From the NCBI GenBank assembly GCA_024644125.1, contig JAHELQ010000001.1, positions 1-54,192 on the forward strand: 54,192 nt of DNA, given 5' to 3'. The position numbers and the translations under genes were made by a program. The stretch is from Candidatus Aminicenantes bacterium. Its GTDB lineage: Bacteria > Acidobacteriota > Aminicenantia > UBA2199. The notes under the pieces were generated by a model that ran no database searches, had not been told where the DNA came from, and worked only from the letters and a program-made list of their open reading frames with translations. Positions 18,095 to 27,191 of the stretch are shown here, piece after piece; positions within the stretch are counted from its first letter, which is position 1; every line of letters starts with the position of its first letter.

Positions 18095-19058
18095 TTTTGG
18101 CAGACATTTTCGAGTCACTATATTTGGAGAATCTCACGGATATGGCGTAGGAATAGTTGTTGACGGCTGCCCTCCAGGAATCCCTCTCGAAGAAAAAGAT
18201 TTCGAGGCGGATCTCTCGCGACGCAAAAGCGGTTCAAAAGGCACGACTCCAAGAAAAGAGCCCGATCTCCCTCAAATCCTATCAGGAGTTTATAATAATC
18301 ATACCACCGGAGCTCCATTGACGATCCTGTTTGCCAATACAAATACACGCTCACGCGACTACGAAGCCCTCAAACACATCCCCAGGCCAGGCCATGCAGA
18401 TTTTACCGCATCAAAAAAATACGGCGGCTTCCATGATCCTCGCGGAGGTGGCCATTTTTCTGGCCGTTTGACTCTTGCAATTACTGCCGCCGGTGTGATT
18501 GCTAAAAAAATCATCGTTCCAATCCAGATCGAGGCAACTCTTCAAGAAGCCGGAGGGAATTTAAATATTTCTGAAGCTATTGATCAAGCAATCGAAGCCA
18601 AAGATTCCATCGGAGGCGTCGTCCAGTGCCGCGCCACAGGCGTTCCCACCAGCCTTGGCGAACCGTTTTTCGATTCAGTTGAGTCTCTCACCAGCCACAT
18701 GATGTTCTCGATCCCCGCCATCAAGGGAATCGAATTCGGCTCAGGGTTTCAAGCGGCCTCCATGAAGGGTAGCATGAATAATGACCGGATCATCTCCATC
18801 ACTGGAAAAACCGCCACCAATCATGACGGTGGAATAAACGGCGGCATTACAAATGGCAACGACATCGTGTTCCGGGTAGCTGTAAAACCCACACCATCCA
18901 TTTCTTCTCCCCAGGAAACCATCAATATCAAAACTAACCAAATGGAACGATTGATCATCGATGGCCGGCACGACGCCTGCATTGCACTTCGGATCCCGGT
19001 AGTGGTGGAAGCTGGTTTCGCAATCGTATTAGCAGATTTACTGCACCTCCAGAAATGA
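18081..19058 (+). CDS. aroC: Chorismate synthase
   Basis: 325 aa with FGRHFRVTIFGESHG, RPGHADFT, RGGGHFSGRLT and GGINGGITNG. It is somewhat short for the family. Confidence 0.88.
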   Translation: MHVNSFGRHFRVTIFGESHGYGVGIVVDGCPPGIPLEEKDFEADLSRRKSGSKGTTPRKEPDLPQILSGVYNNHTTGAPLTILFANTNTRSRDYEALKHIPRPGHADFTASKKYGGFHDPRGGGHFSGRLTLAITAAGVIAKKIIVPIQIEATLQEAGGNLNISEAIDQAIEAKDSIGGVVQCRATGVPTSLGEPFFDSVESLTSHMMFSIPAIKGIEFGSGFQAASMKGSMNNDRIISITGKTATNHDGGINGGITNGNDIVFRVAVKPTPSISSPQETINIKTNQMERLIIDGRHDACIALRIPVVVEAGFAIVLADLLHLQK

Positions 19059-19215
19059 TTTCCTAAATCTGCATTTTTTCAAAAGTTAACCAGATAGGGG
19101 ATAGAAGTTCATAATTTTCAGTATTTCAATCATTCTGGAAGTATGTTAAAAAATATCTTGATCTGATATGGTTTTCAAAACCCACAGAAAATTTCCATTT
19201 TAAAGGACATTTACA

Positions 19216-19593
19216 ATGAACGTACACCAGCAATCGGCAAATAATATCGCATGCTTCATCTTAAGGCAAAAAGGTTCCAATCTCGCAAACTTGTCAATGG
19301 AGAGTCTGGCAAAAACTTTTAAACTGAACATAAACGAGCTTCGCGAAATAACCCTTGACAATGATGGAACCTCTATCGATAAATTCCTGAATCTCCAGAA
19401 AGTATTCCTTGCAATGAAAACATTGGAAAAGAACCCTCAAATCACTACAAAAGACCTTGCAGCTAGTTGCGGTTTCACCGATCACGATACTTTTACTAGA
19501 GAATTCACCAATTACTTTCTCATAGATCCGCAGAAATGCATCGATATCAAAGCAAATGCGCCATTCCTTAAAAGACTGTACAACGACTTATAA
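19216..19593 (+). CDS. Small AraC/XylS-type helix-turn-helix protein (DNA-binding domain only)
   Basis: 125 aa. The pattern LSMESLAKTFKLNINELREI ... KTLEKNPQITTKDLAASCGFTDHDTFTREFTNYFLIDPQKC matches the two-HTH layout of AraC C-terminal domains. No ligand or dimerisation domain is present. AAAGGA lies 9 nt upstream of the ATG. Confidence 0.55.
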   Translation: MNVHQQSANNIACFILRQKGSNLANLSMESLAKTFKLNINELREITLDNDGTSIDKFLNLQKVFLAMKTLEKNPQITTKDLAASCGFTDHDTFTREFTNYFLIDPQKCIDIKANAPFLKRLYNDL

Positions 19594-19967
19594 TAAACAT
19601 TGGATATCTAAAAATTGCATTTCACTCATGCAGTTGCGTCATCCTTGATATCATTTTTGATCATACCCCGCAGGAAATTCTTCTTCGGACTTAACTATAT
19701 AGTAAAAAACACCACCAGGCATAGTTATATAAAGATTTAAGAAAAACAGATTTCCCCAAAGCTTTCCGTAAATAAATATAGCAACACCCCTTACCGAAGG
19801 CACCCTTGAGGATCACTGAGAATAGCTCAGGATCGTCGATCGCACCAAAAGAATATTTAATTCCTTGCGCCCGAGCAGGATTCCCGTCAACCCCGAAAAG
19901 GTTACCCATAGGTACCAAATAAAATCAAAAGATTACTAAATATAGTGTAAGTGTAAACAATATATTC

Positions 19968-19982
19968 CGTATGTCGGATACG
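19968..19982. repeat. Palindrome CGTATgtcggATACG containing the TATGTCGG word, downstream of parB
   Basis: Read directly: 5-bp arms around a 5-nt centre, 70 nt beyond the parB stop. It shares the TATGTCGG core with two inverted repeats upstream of parA. Confidence 0.5.
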
Positions 19983-20051
19983 TCATATTATGTTAACAAG
20001 AAATTAGGTTTCAAAATTCTCAAAATTTTATGAAATCATATTATAAAAAAG

Positions 20052-20927
20052 CTAGTTCAGAGTCTCTAAATCGAATTCTTTAATACGGTTTTCTTTGATG
20101 TCGAGAATCAATTTCTCCAGGGCTACAATTAGTTTCACTCGATCGTAACTCCTGGCATTGATTTTAAAATCTATTTTTACAGCCTTATCCTCAGTTATAA
20201 ATTTGAATTTGAACAAATTCTTCGATGGACTGTGCTTGGAAGGATTTTCGCTATTTTCTTCTTTTCTCTGTTCTTTTATTTTGTCTCTAGAAAATGGTTC
20301 TTCCTGGTATTGATCCAGAACATCAGACATTTTATCTATCTCTTCAAGTTTTACCAATTCGAGGAGAAATGTCTTCGATTGAATGTTCAGATCCATGCAA
20401 CGTTGGGCAATCTCCGCAGGCAAATCTGTAATGCGAATCAGCTCCGTGACTGTTACGCGGGATTTTCCTATTTTTTGAGAAATTTCTTGATGAGTATATC
20501 CATATATTTCGGATAGCGTTTTTAAAGAATATGCTGCTTCCAGAATTGTTAAATCTTTTCTCTGGACATTTTCTACAATCGAAATCTCCAAAGCTTCATT
20601 GTCTGGAATATCATACTCAATTGACGGTACTTCCTTGAGTTCGGCCAATTGAGCTGCCCTAAAACGGCGTTCTCCAGCGATTATTTCAAACTTCCCATCT
20701 TTCGGCCTTACGATGATAGGTTCGATGATTCCTTTCTCTCGAATTGAATCTGAGAGTTCCTGTAAATCTCCAAAATCTTTTCGCGGTTGCAAAACATTCG
20801 GGATAATTTTGTCTGTAGGGATATTTCTAATGATTGTGGTCTTCGTACGAAAGGCGATTTCATCTACCAGGTGGTTGTCGTGTTTTAATCTGATGGAACT
20901 GGGAAGTCCTTTTTTAGCTTTAACCAT
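20052..20927 (-). CDS. parB: Chromosome-partitioning protein ParB/Spo0J
   Basis: 291 aa. It has the ParB box QPRKDFGDLQELSDSIREKGIIEPIIVRP and GKFEIIAGERRFRAAQLAE, plus the HTH GYTHQEISQKIGKSRVTVTELIRI. It overlaps the parA stop by 8 nt. Confidence 0.9.
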   Translation of the reverse strand: MVKAKKGLPSSIRLKHDNHLVDEIAFRTKTTIIRNIPTDKIIPNVLQPRKDFGDLQELSDSIREKGIIEPIIVRPKDGKFEIIAGERRFRAAQLAELKEVPSIEYDIPDNEALEISIVENVQRKDLTILEAAYSLKTLSEIYGYTHQEISQKIGKSRVTVTELIRITDLPAEIAQRCMDLNIQSKTFLLELVKLEEIDKMSDVLDQYQEEPFSRDKIKEQRKEENSENPSKHSPSKNLFKFKFITEDKAVKIDFKINARSYDRVKLIVALEKLILDIKENRIKEFDLETLN

Positions 20928-21675
20928 GATTCAACACTTCCTCCGCTAACTTTTGGTATTCAATGGCACCCCTTGACTCAGGGGCAAATGTAAATATTGA
21001 TTCTTTATAAGCGGGGCTTTCCTCCAGCCTGACATTTTTGGAAATAATAGTTTTAAATACTTTGTTTCCGAATAACTGCTTGATATGATCTTCACTGTCC
21101 TTGGCAATAATGGTTCGCTTATCATATAGTGTGATTAATACTCCAAGGATTGCGAGATCTGGATTGCTGCGACTTTTTACCTTTTCATAGGTTTCCAGCA
21201 AATCATCAGTTCCTTCCAAAGCGTAATAGGACGCCTGAATTGGAATCAACAGATGCGATGCTGCAACAAGTGTATTTATTGTGATCAAACCAAGCGTCGG
21301 CGGGGTATCTACAATGATGATATCGTATTTGTGCTTAAGCGATTCAATACGATCTTTAAGGCGGAAGTGACCATCGATCTCCCCTATCAATTTGGATTCA
21401 AGTTTGGCCAGGGATATCGATGCCGGAATAATATCGAGATTTTTTATATTTGTGGGATGAATGACGTCCTCTATACTGATTTCCGTACTCTCAAGAAGAT
21501 CAAAGACTGTGTATTTGATCCCATGGGGATCGATAAACGATACAGTAGAGTTGGCCTGCGGATCCATATCGACGACTAATACCCGTTTTCCCATAAAAGC
21601 AAGTCCAGCAGAGAGATTCACAGAGGTGGTAGTTTTTCCGACGCCACCTTTTTGATTTGCTATCGTAATAATCAC
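20920..21675 (-). CDS. parA: Chromosome-partitioning ATPase ParA/Soj
   Basis: 251 aa with the deviant Walker A IANQKGGVGKTTTSVNL. VLVVDMDPQANST and IIIVDTPPTLG are also present. Confidence 0.9.
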   Translation of the reverse strand: MIITIANQKGGVGKTTTSVNLSAGLAFMGKRVLVVDMDPQANSTVSFIDPHGIKYTVFDLLESTEISIEDVIHPTNIKNLDIIPASISLAKLESKLIGEIDGHFRLKDRIESLKHKYDIIIVDTPPTLGLITINTLVAASHLLIPIQASYYALEGTDDLLETYEKVKSRSNPDLAILGVLITLYDKRTIIAKDSEDHIKQLFGNKVFKTIISKNVRLEESPAYKESIFTFAPESRGAIEYQKLAEEVLNHG

Positions 21676-21826
21676 AATTCAGCTCCTCTTAATTTTCAGT
21701 GATAATTCAAAAAACCATTAACATGGTCATGCAAATTAATATTATTCCACTTGTGCCGATTTGTCAAGATTCGGCAAATGAGTAAAATTATTTTTCAAAT
21801 ATTTTTATCATTTCAAATATTTAGAT

Positions 21827-21850
21827 TGTATTTCGGCACACCGACATACA
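21827..21850. repeat. Imperfect inverted repeat TGTATtTCGGca/caCCGAcATACA upstream of parA
   Basis: Read directly; 9 of the 10 outer positions pair. It lies in the 239-nt der-parA intergenic region. Confidence 0.55.
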
Positions 21851-21871
21851 ATTCATGTTTTTATTTTTGTA

Positions 21872-21893
21872 TTATGTCGGCATGTCGACATAA
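21872..21893. repeat. Perfect inverted repeat TTATGTCG-gcatgt-CGACATAA upstream of parA
   Basis: Read directly: 8-bp perfect arms with a 6-nt spacer. No U-run follows on the minus strand, so it is not a canonical intrinsic terminator for der. Confidence 0.6.
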
Positions 21894-21914
21894 CAAAATT
21901 CGATGAAGACAGCC

Positions 21915-23246
21915 TCAAAGGGAATATTTTTTATTTATGGAAGCCGATATTTTGAAAAAGATCGGGATACCTTCAAGGTCGAGTTCTTGTTGAATTCGCC
22001 GCTTCAACCAGGTTTCGTCCGAAGTTTTTAATCGATCTGTACTTTTTGAAAAGAAATTAATGAAAAAAGGTCGGTATGATTCAATTGAAGCATACTTCGA
22101 TACAAATTTATTATTGGCTTCGGTAAGTATTTTTTTCTCATGCAGAATATGTTGAATAAGTTCATTCAGATTGGCGGCTTTGATCTTTGTGATCAACCGT
22201 TGATTGATTAATTCCGCCTTATCTATCACCTGGAAGATATTCTTACCAGAAGAGGCGGACGTCAATACAAAAGGGGCGAAGTAGAAAAAATTGAAACGCT
22301 CCTTCAATTTTCTTACGAATGAATCCGCTTTTTGTTGATCTAACACAAGATCCCACTTGTTACATGCGACAACGACCGGCTTTGCGGATTTCAAGATTTT
22401 TTGCGCGATAAACAAATCATTTCTGTCGATTTTTCTGGATATATCAATAACAAAGATAATAATATCGGCGTTTTTGATGTCTTTTTCAGCACGAATCACG
22501 GCTGCGCTCTCAGTATCTTCTTTTACCTTTTGAAGCTTTCGGATTCCGGCATTGTCAACAAGAATGAACGTCTTGTTGTTCCGTTTGATTTCTAAATCCA
22601 CAGAATCCCTGGTCGTTCCGGGCAGCGGGCTGACGATAACATATTCGTCATTTAGAATACGATTGATGATTGATGATTTACCGACATTCGGCTTGCCTAT
22701 GATACTGATCCGGGTGGGAGCTTCCTCTTCTTTGCCTATTTCGCCAGCGGAACCGGGAAAATACACCAACACTCGATCTAATAGTTCTTCTATACCGTTG
22801 TTATGTTCGGCTGATATAAAAACAAAGTCCTGCTTCAAAGCGTAATAGGATGACGAGGGTAGAAATTTCTCCGGGTTATCGATCTTGTTGATGACAGGAA
22901 TTATGTTTGAATTCAATTTTACGATATCCAGATAGAGATCTTTCTCGTACCCTATCAGATCTCGTTTCCCGTCGAATAAAAAGATGACTAGATCAGATTT
23001 TTCGGCCTCACGTAATACCCTTTTATTTATTTCCTTCGTTATAATATCACTGTCATCAAAAAAGCCGCCGGAATCCTGGAGATAAAATTTCCGCCCGTTA
23101 ATATCCAGCGGTTTTTTATAAATATCACGGGTCATTCCGGGATCGTGGTGTACTAACGCTTTTCGCTTGCCGATTAATTTGTTAAATAATGTTGATTTTC
23201 CTGTGTTGGGCACGCCAACTATTGTTATTAATGGTATTTTACTCAT
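21915..23246 (-). CDS. der: Ribosome-associated GTPase Der (EngA), double GTPase domain
   Basis: Two G domains are present (GVPNTGKSTLFNKL..DSGG and GKPNVGKSSIINRIL..DNAG..NKWD), followed by a KH-like C-terminus. I chose the start at the ATG of MSKIPLITIVG (23246), 2 nt after the ispF stop. The ORF-track start at 23285 would overlap ispF by 37 nt. Confidence 0.9.
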   Translation of the reverse strand: MSKIPLITIVGVPNTGKSTLFNKLIGKRKALVHHDPGMTRDIYKKPLDINGRKFYLQDSGGFFDDSDIITKEINKRVLREAEKSDLVIFLFDGKRDLIGYEKDLYLDIVKLNSNIIPVINKIDNPEKFLPSSSYYALKQDFVFISAEHNNGIEELLDRVLVYFPGSAGEIGKEEEAPTRISIIGKPNVGKSSIINRILNDEYVIVSPLPGTTRDSVDLEIKRNNKTFILVDNAGIRKLQKVKEDTESAAVIRAEKDIKNADIIIFVIDISRKIDRNDLFIAQKILKSAKPVVVACNKWDLVLDQQKADSFVRKLKERFNFFYFAPFVLTSASSGKNIFQVIDKAELINQRLITKIKAANLNELIQHILHEKKILTEANNKFVSKYASIESYRPFFINFFSKSTDRLKTSDETWLKRRIQQELDLEGIPIFFKISASINKKYSL

Positions 23247-23248
23247 GT

Positions 23249-23740
23249 TTAAGTTGTTTTCCTGACCATGGATACGCAGAAGCATTCGATAGCTTCTCCC
23301 CTGCCTACCGCATCGGTCTCAATTTTTTCTTTTGTTTTAGCCTTTACATTTATTGAAGCGAATGGGATGTTTAAAAGCGAAGCCAATGTCGTACGGATGG
23401 CATCCTTGTGAATACTAATTTTGGGTTGCTCCGCCACCAGGACGCAATCGACGTTCATGATTTCGAAGTTCTGTTCGCGTAGTAACCGGGTGGTCTCTTC
23501 AAGTAGTATCTTACTGTCTATGTTCTTGTATTGGGGGTCGGTATCGGGGAACTGTTGACCGATATCGTCTTCCCCGATAGCTCCCAATAATGAATCGATC
23601 AAGGCGTGGATCAACACATCACCGTCTGAGTGGGCGATGAATTTCAGTTGATCCGAAACCTTGATACCGCCTATGTAAAGCCCGCTACCTACTGTCAATC
23701 GATGAATATCGTAACCAATACCGGACCTTATCTTCAACAT
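23249..23740 (-). CDS. ispF: 2-C-methyl-D-erythritol 2,4-cyclodiphosphate synthase
   Basis: 163 aa with IGYDIHRL, AHSDGDVLIHALIDSLLGA and DIGQQFPDTDPQYKNIDS. Confidence 0.9.
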   Translation of the reverse strand: MLKIRSGIGYDIHRLTVGSGLYIGGIKVSDQLKFIAHSDGDVLIHALIDSLLGAIGEDDIGQQFPDTDPQYKNIDSKILLEETTRLLREQNFEIMNVDCVLVAEQPKISIHKDAIRTTLASLLNIPFASINVKAKTKEKIETDAVGRGEAIECFCVSMVRKTT

Positions 23741-23742
23741 AC

Positions 23743-24723
23743 TTATATCTTTTTACCAAAAATCATTTTCCCGGTGGTGGACTGCAACACCGATGTCACT
23801 TCAATTTCTACATTTTTTCCAATATCGTATTTCGCATCGTCAATAACAATCATCGTACCGTCATCAAGATACGAGATTCCCTGCTTCTTCTCTTTTCCTT
23901 CTTTGGAGATGTGAACTTTCAAATGCTCACCGGGATAAACGATCGGCTTCAATCCGAAGGCTAATTCGTTGACATTTAATACTTTAACATCCTGCAATTT
24001 GGCAATTCGGCTGAGGTTTACATCATTGGTGATCACCTTGTAATTGTTTTCTTTTGCCAGTAACACCAACTTCTGGTCGACCTCTTTTACATTTGCAACA
24101 TTCTTGTTAAGAATGGTAACCCTTGTATTGCTATTTTTCTGCAATTGTTCGATTACGTCCAAACCACGTTTTCCCCTGATCTTTTTATTGGGATCGTTTG
24201 AGTCAGCTATCAATTGAAGCTCCGCAAGAACGAATTGGGTGACGATGAGTTCCCCCTCAATGAATCCTGTCTGAATGATAGGAACGATTCTGCCATCGAT
24301 AATCGCGCTGGTATCTAGAATAAAAGTCTCTGTAAAGGCGCTGCTGCCTCTAAAGAATTCCTTGATATTCAGGGGCGCGAACAAGTTCGGTTTATGAATG
24401 CCGATAAAGAGACCTGTAACCGGCAAACCAAATAAAAAGAGAGACTTGAAGAAAATGTAAGCGGAAAAGGACATAGTGAGTAAATCGAATAACCGGAACA
24501 TGACATACCCAAGCACCACTCCACCCAGAATACCGATGGTGACACTCCACACATATTTTAACTCCGTTTTTTTTATCCTTAGAGCTAAAACCGATAGAGC
24601 GAGAGCGCAGGCGCCTCCGATAAGGGCTCCCAATAAATTGTTATCCATCTGAAACGGCGGATGTCTGTATCCAATTAATGCAAAAATAGCTATAAAGACT
24701 AATTTATAAAAATAGATTAGCAT
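23743..24723 (-). CDS. Membrane-anchored PIN + TRAM domain protein (YacL-like)
   Basis: 326 aa with about four N-terminal hydrophobic helices. The PIN-like core is FILDTSAIIDGRI...VLAELQLIADS...ITNDVNL. The C-terminal TRAM-like beta segment is GEHLKVHISKEGKEKKQGISYLDDGTMIVIDDAK...VEIEVTSVLQ. It sits immediately upstream of ispF, as yacL does in Bacillus. Confidence 0.75.
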   Translation of the reverse strand: MLIYFYKLVFIAIFALIGYRHPPFQMDNNLLGALIGGACALALSVLALRIKKTELKYVWSVTIGILGGVVLGYVMFRLFDLLTMSFSAYIFFKSLFLFGLPVTGLFIGIHKPNLFAPLNIKEFFRGSSAFTETFILDTSAIIDGRIVPIIQTGFIEGELIVTQFVLAELQLIADSNDPNKKIRGKRGLDVIEQLQKNSNTRVTILNKNVANVKEVDQKLVLLAKENNYKVITNDVNLSRIAKLQDVKVLNVNELAFGLKPIVYPGEHLKVHISKEGKEKKQGISYLDDGTMIVIDDAKYDIGKNVEIEVTSVLQSTTGKMIFGKKI

Positions 24724-24848
24724 TTTTTTCTCCTTCTATAATAAATATTGTTATAATTTTACCAGATTGTACACAAATTTTCTACCCTTTGATAACCAAA
24801 GCTATTATATTTGTTCATTTATTACGTTAATATTCAACAATTAAGGGG

Positions 24849-26066
24849 TTATTCCACCGAAATCACAATCCGATCGTTCTTAAATTTATCAACCGAAACC
24901 AGCTTAATATAAGCATATTGCTTCGTTTCATCAATGGTGATTTCATAGTCCTGGTCCTTTTTATAAAATTTCGGGAATACAGTTATTTTTTTGATTTTTT
25001 TCAATTCAAACTGTTTCGCTGAAATTTCAATGTTACTGATTTCACGTAAATCCATGGAATTGTTAAAAATCTCAGGGGAAATATTCTTCAAGCGCGGGGA
25101 ACGCAGGAAGCCACCCTTGATAATCTTTTTTTCCAGAAGATTTTTCTTTGTATCCAGCATATAATGCACTGAATTAATGGTTGTTTGCATCTCCGAATTC
25201 TTCTCTCCGAGATCGCCAATCTTAACCATGAGATTCTGTTTTTCCTGGTTTAAGTCATCCACCTGGCCGATTATTTGATCTCTTTTTTGTTCAAGAACCT
25301 TTATATCATCTGCTAGTTTGTCTTTTTCCGCAATAGCGTTATCCCGGGCATCGACTAACTGTTGCTTCGCTTTTCTACGAATGGCGTTCGGAGAAATAGG
25401 CGCGCCTCCCTGCGTGATGAATGTTCCGTATTCTTCTCCCGAATAGAAATTCCATACTTTGAAGCCGGGAATCAATGGTTCAAACATGGCTGTACGTTCA
25501 ATGAGCTGGAGGGCGCGGCTCTTTTCGACGCCTTTTTCGTTCAACAAAAAGTCCATGGCGATTTGATAATGGTTTTCTCCCTGAGTCACAACGTGGGGCG
25601 ACGGCAGCAATGCTTCCAGGATTTTTATCTTCCCCTGTAGCTCAGAGATTTCATCGTTTTTTTCCAGTATATCCCCTAACAGGGTTTTGATAGATACATC
25701 CTTTTCGTTTTGGATCTTTGCTTCCAGCAATTGTTTTTCATCATCGGTCAGATTGAGTCCATCCATCGTGGGCAATGTCTCGCCTGTTTTTTCGCGATAA
25801 TCCTTGATAAGCTCAATAATCTCGCCTTGTTTCTGATTTACGTCTGTCTCCAGGTTCCGGATTTTGGCAACCAATTTGTGCATCTGCTTGACTTTTGGGG
25901 AACCTGTACTTTTATCTTTAAACACTCCAAAAACAAGAATCAACGACAATGCCACCACAATGACTCCAAGTATTGCGATAACAGCATACAGAGCCTTAGG
26001 CTTTCTTTTTTCCTCCCCGATCATGGTGGTAGGTTGGGCATCGATTCTTTTTGTTTCATCCGACAT
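24849..26066 (-). CDS. Hypothetical membrane-anchored coiled-coil protein
   Basis: I chose the start at MSDETK (ATG 26066) because GGAGG lies 5 nt upstream. There is one TM helix (ALYAVIAILGVIVVALSLILVFGVF) and long heptad-like charged stretches. I recognised no catalytic motif. Confidence 0.55.
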   Translation of the reverse strand: MSDETKRIDAQPTTMIGEEKRKPKALYAVIAILGVIVVALSLILVFGVFKDKSTGSPKVKQMHKLVAKIRNLETDVNQKQGEIIELIKDYREKTGETLPTMDGLNLTDDEKQLLEAKIQNEKDVSIKTLLGDILEKNDEISELQGKIKILEALLPSPHVVTQGENHYQIAMDFLLNEKGVEKSRALQLIERTAMFEPLIPGFKVWNFYSGEEYGTFITQGGAPISPNAIRRKAKQQLVDARDNAIAEKDKLADDIKVLEQKRDQIIGQVDDLNQEKQNLMVKIGDLGEKNSEMQTTINSVHYMLDTKKNLLEKKIIKGGFLRSPRLKNISPEIFNNSMDLREISNIEISAKQFELKKIKKITVFPKFYKKDQDYEITIDETKQYAYIKLVSVDKFKNDRIVISVE

Positions 26067-26158
26067 ATTAACCTCCGTAATATACAAAAATGATTATATG
26101 TCAACAATCGTAATTATGTCAAGGAAACAAGCCCTGCAAAAGTACGGTTATATTGCGT

Positions 26159-26971
26159 TTATGATCCGAAGACGCCGTCAATTCCAAATAATTTCACCAG
26201 ATAGTGAGCCACCCCTTCGGAATATACGTCACTGGCCTTCATGGAGAATTGTTCTAGCAACGTCGGGACTGCGTTTCGCATCACTACGGGGTGCCCTACC
26301 AATTTTAGAGTTTCAAAATCGTTGTAATTATCCCCGAAATAAATCGCTTCTTGTACAGAGATGCCGGTTTGCAGGCACAATCTCGCGAGCGCTTTATCTT
26401 TGCGCGCATACGGAGGAGTCACTTCCAACCAGGACTCCTCCTTTCCTTCTGAATAGATCAATTGATACCGCTCCCCTACCAACTCCGAGAGCCCGCTCTT
26501 CAGGTCCTGCACCAGATAATTAGGTATCAAAGTGGAGATTCCGGTAATTCCGTCGAAGGAGGTAATCTCATCCAATTGCTCAAAGTAAGAACGTTTTTTC
26601 GTTTCGCCATGGCCTTTGTACAATACCTTGAAATCGCCGTTTTTTCCATTATATACAATGATGGGAACCTGTTGCTGGTCGAGGAAGTGGTAGATGGGAG
26701 CCACATCTTCAGCTTCGATTCCCATCTCCCAAACGATGGAGCCGTTCTGTTCACACAAGGTTCCGTTCTGTACGATGACTGTGATGTTTGGATCGAGGTT
26801 GCGGATATAATTGCGGGTGGTCAGGTAGTTGAAGCCGGTAATCAAGGCAATAGGAATTCCATTTGCCGAAAGTTGGTTCAATACATTGCACGTGAATTCG
26901 GGAATCACATGCTCACCGTAAGTTAGCGTTCCGTCGATATCCGATGCTATTAATCTCGGTAATTTGCTCAT
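26159..26971 (-). CDS. HAD-superfamily hydrolase, Cof-type sugar phosphatase-like
   Basis: 270 aa. HAD motif I is LIASDIDGTL. A cap-domain-sized insert is present. Motif IV is IYFGDNYNDFETL. Confidence 0.8.
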   Translation of the reverse strand: MSKLPRLIASDIDGTLTYGEHVIPEFTCNVLNQLSANGIPIALITGFNYLTTRNYIRNLDPNITVIVQNGTLCEQNGSIVWEMGIEAEDVAPIYHFLDQQQVPIIVYNGKNGDFKVLYKGHGETKKRSYFEQLDEITSFDGITGISTLIPNYLVQDLKSGLSELVGERYQLIYSEGKEESWLEVTPPYARKDKALARLCLQTGISVQEAIYFGDNYNDFETLKLVGHPVVMRNAVPTLLEQFSMKASDVYSEGVAHYLVKLFGIDGVFGS

Positions 26972-27151
26972 ACCTAATTATAGCGTATCGAGGTGCCATG
27001 ATCAAGCACTCTATCATCTACATCACGAGACGTCGATTGGAATTCGAGAGAACTCCGATGAAGCGGCTTTCGCCGAAGGACGGTTTGCCCGCGACCGGCA
27101 TTTTTTTTGCAGAGATGCATCGTCTCTTTTCAACGAACAATAAATGGTATC

Positions 27152-27180
27152 TTGACAGGTTGGGGCGTGTCTGGTAGAAT
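27152..27180 (+). promoter_or_regulatory. Sigma70-type promoter of tRNA-Ser
   Basis: TTGACA (27152-27157), a 17-nt spacer, then TAGAAT (27175-27180). The tRNA 5' end lies 12 nt downstream. Confidence 0.65.
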
Positions 27181-27191
27181 TAGTCTTTCAA

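Noticed and set aside
19691-19918. A 75-aa minus-strand ORF considered as a protein-coding gene.
   Set aside because: It has a TTG start without an SD, an implausible composition and no motif. The region is reported instead as a possible structured RNA or relic, at low confidence.
19594-21914. A canonical chromosomal parS (TGTTNCACGTGAAACA) near parAB.
   Set aside because: I found no match by eye. The only CACGTG I noticed lies inside the rSAM gene (~48430) in an unrelated context. This needs a proper pattern search.
23247-23285. The longer Der start (MLLRIHGQENNLN...) given by the ORF track.
   Set aside because: It would overlap ispF by 37 nt and add a non-conserved extension ahead of the G1 motif. 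The ATG at 23246 (MSKIPLITIVGVPNTGKS) gives the usual short lead-in to the P-loop.
25864-26523. A 219-aa plus-strand ORF spanning the end of the coiled-coil gene, the intergenic region and part of the HAD gene.
   Set aside because: It overlaps two well-supported minus-strand genes, has no SD and contains no recognisable domain.
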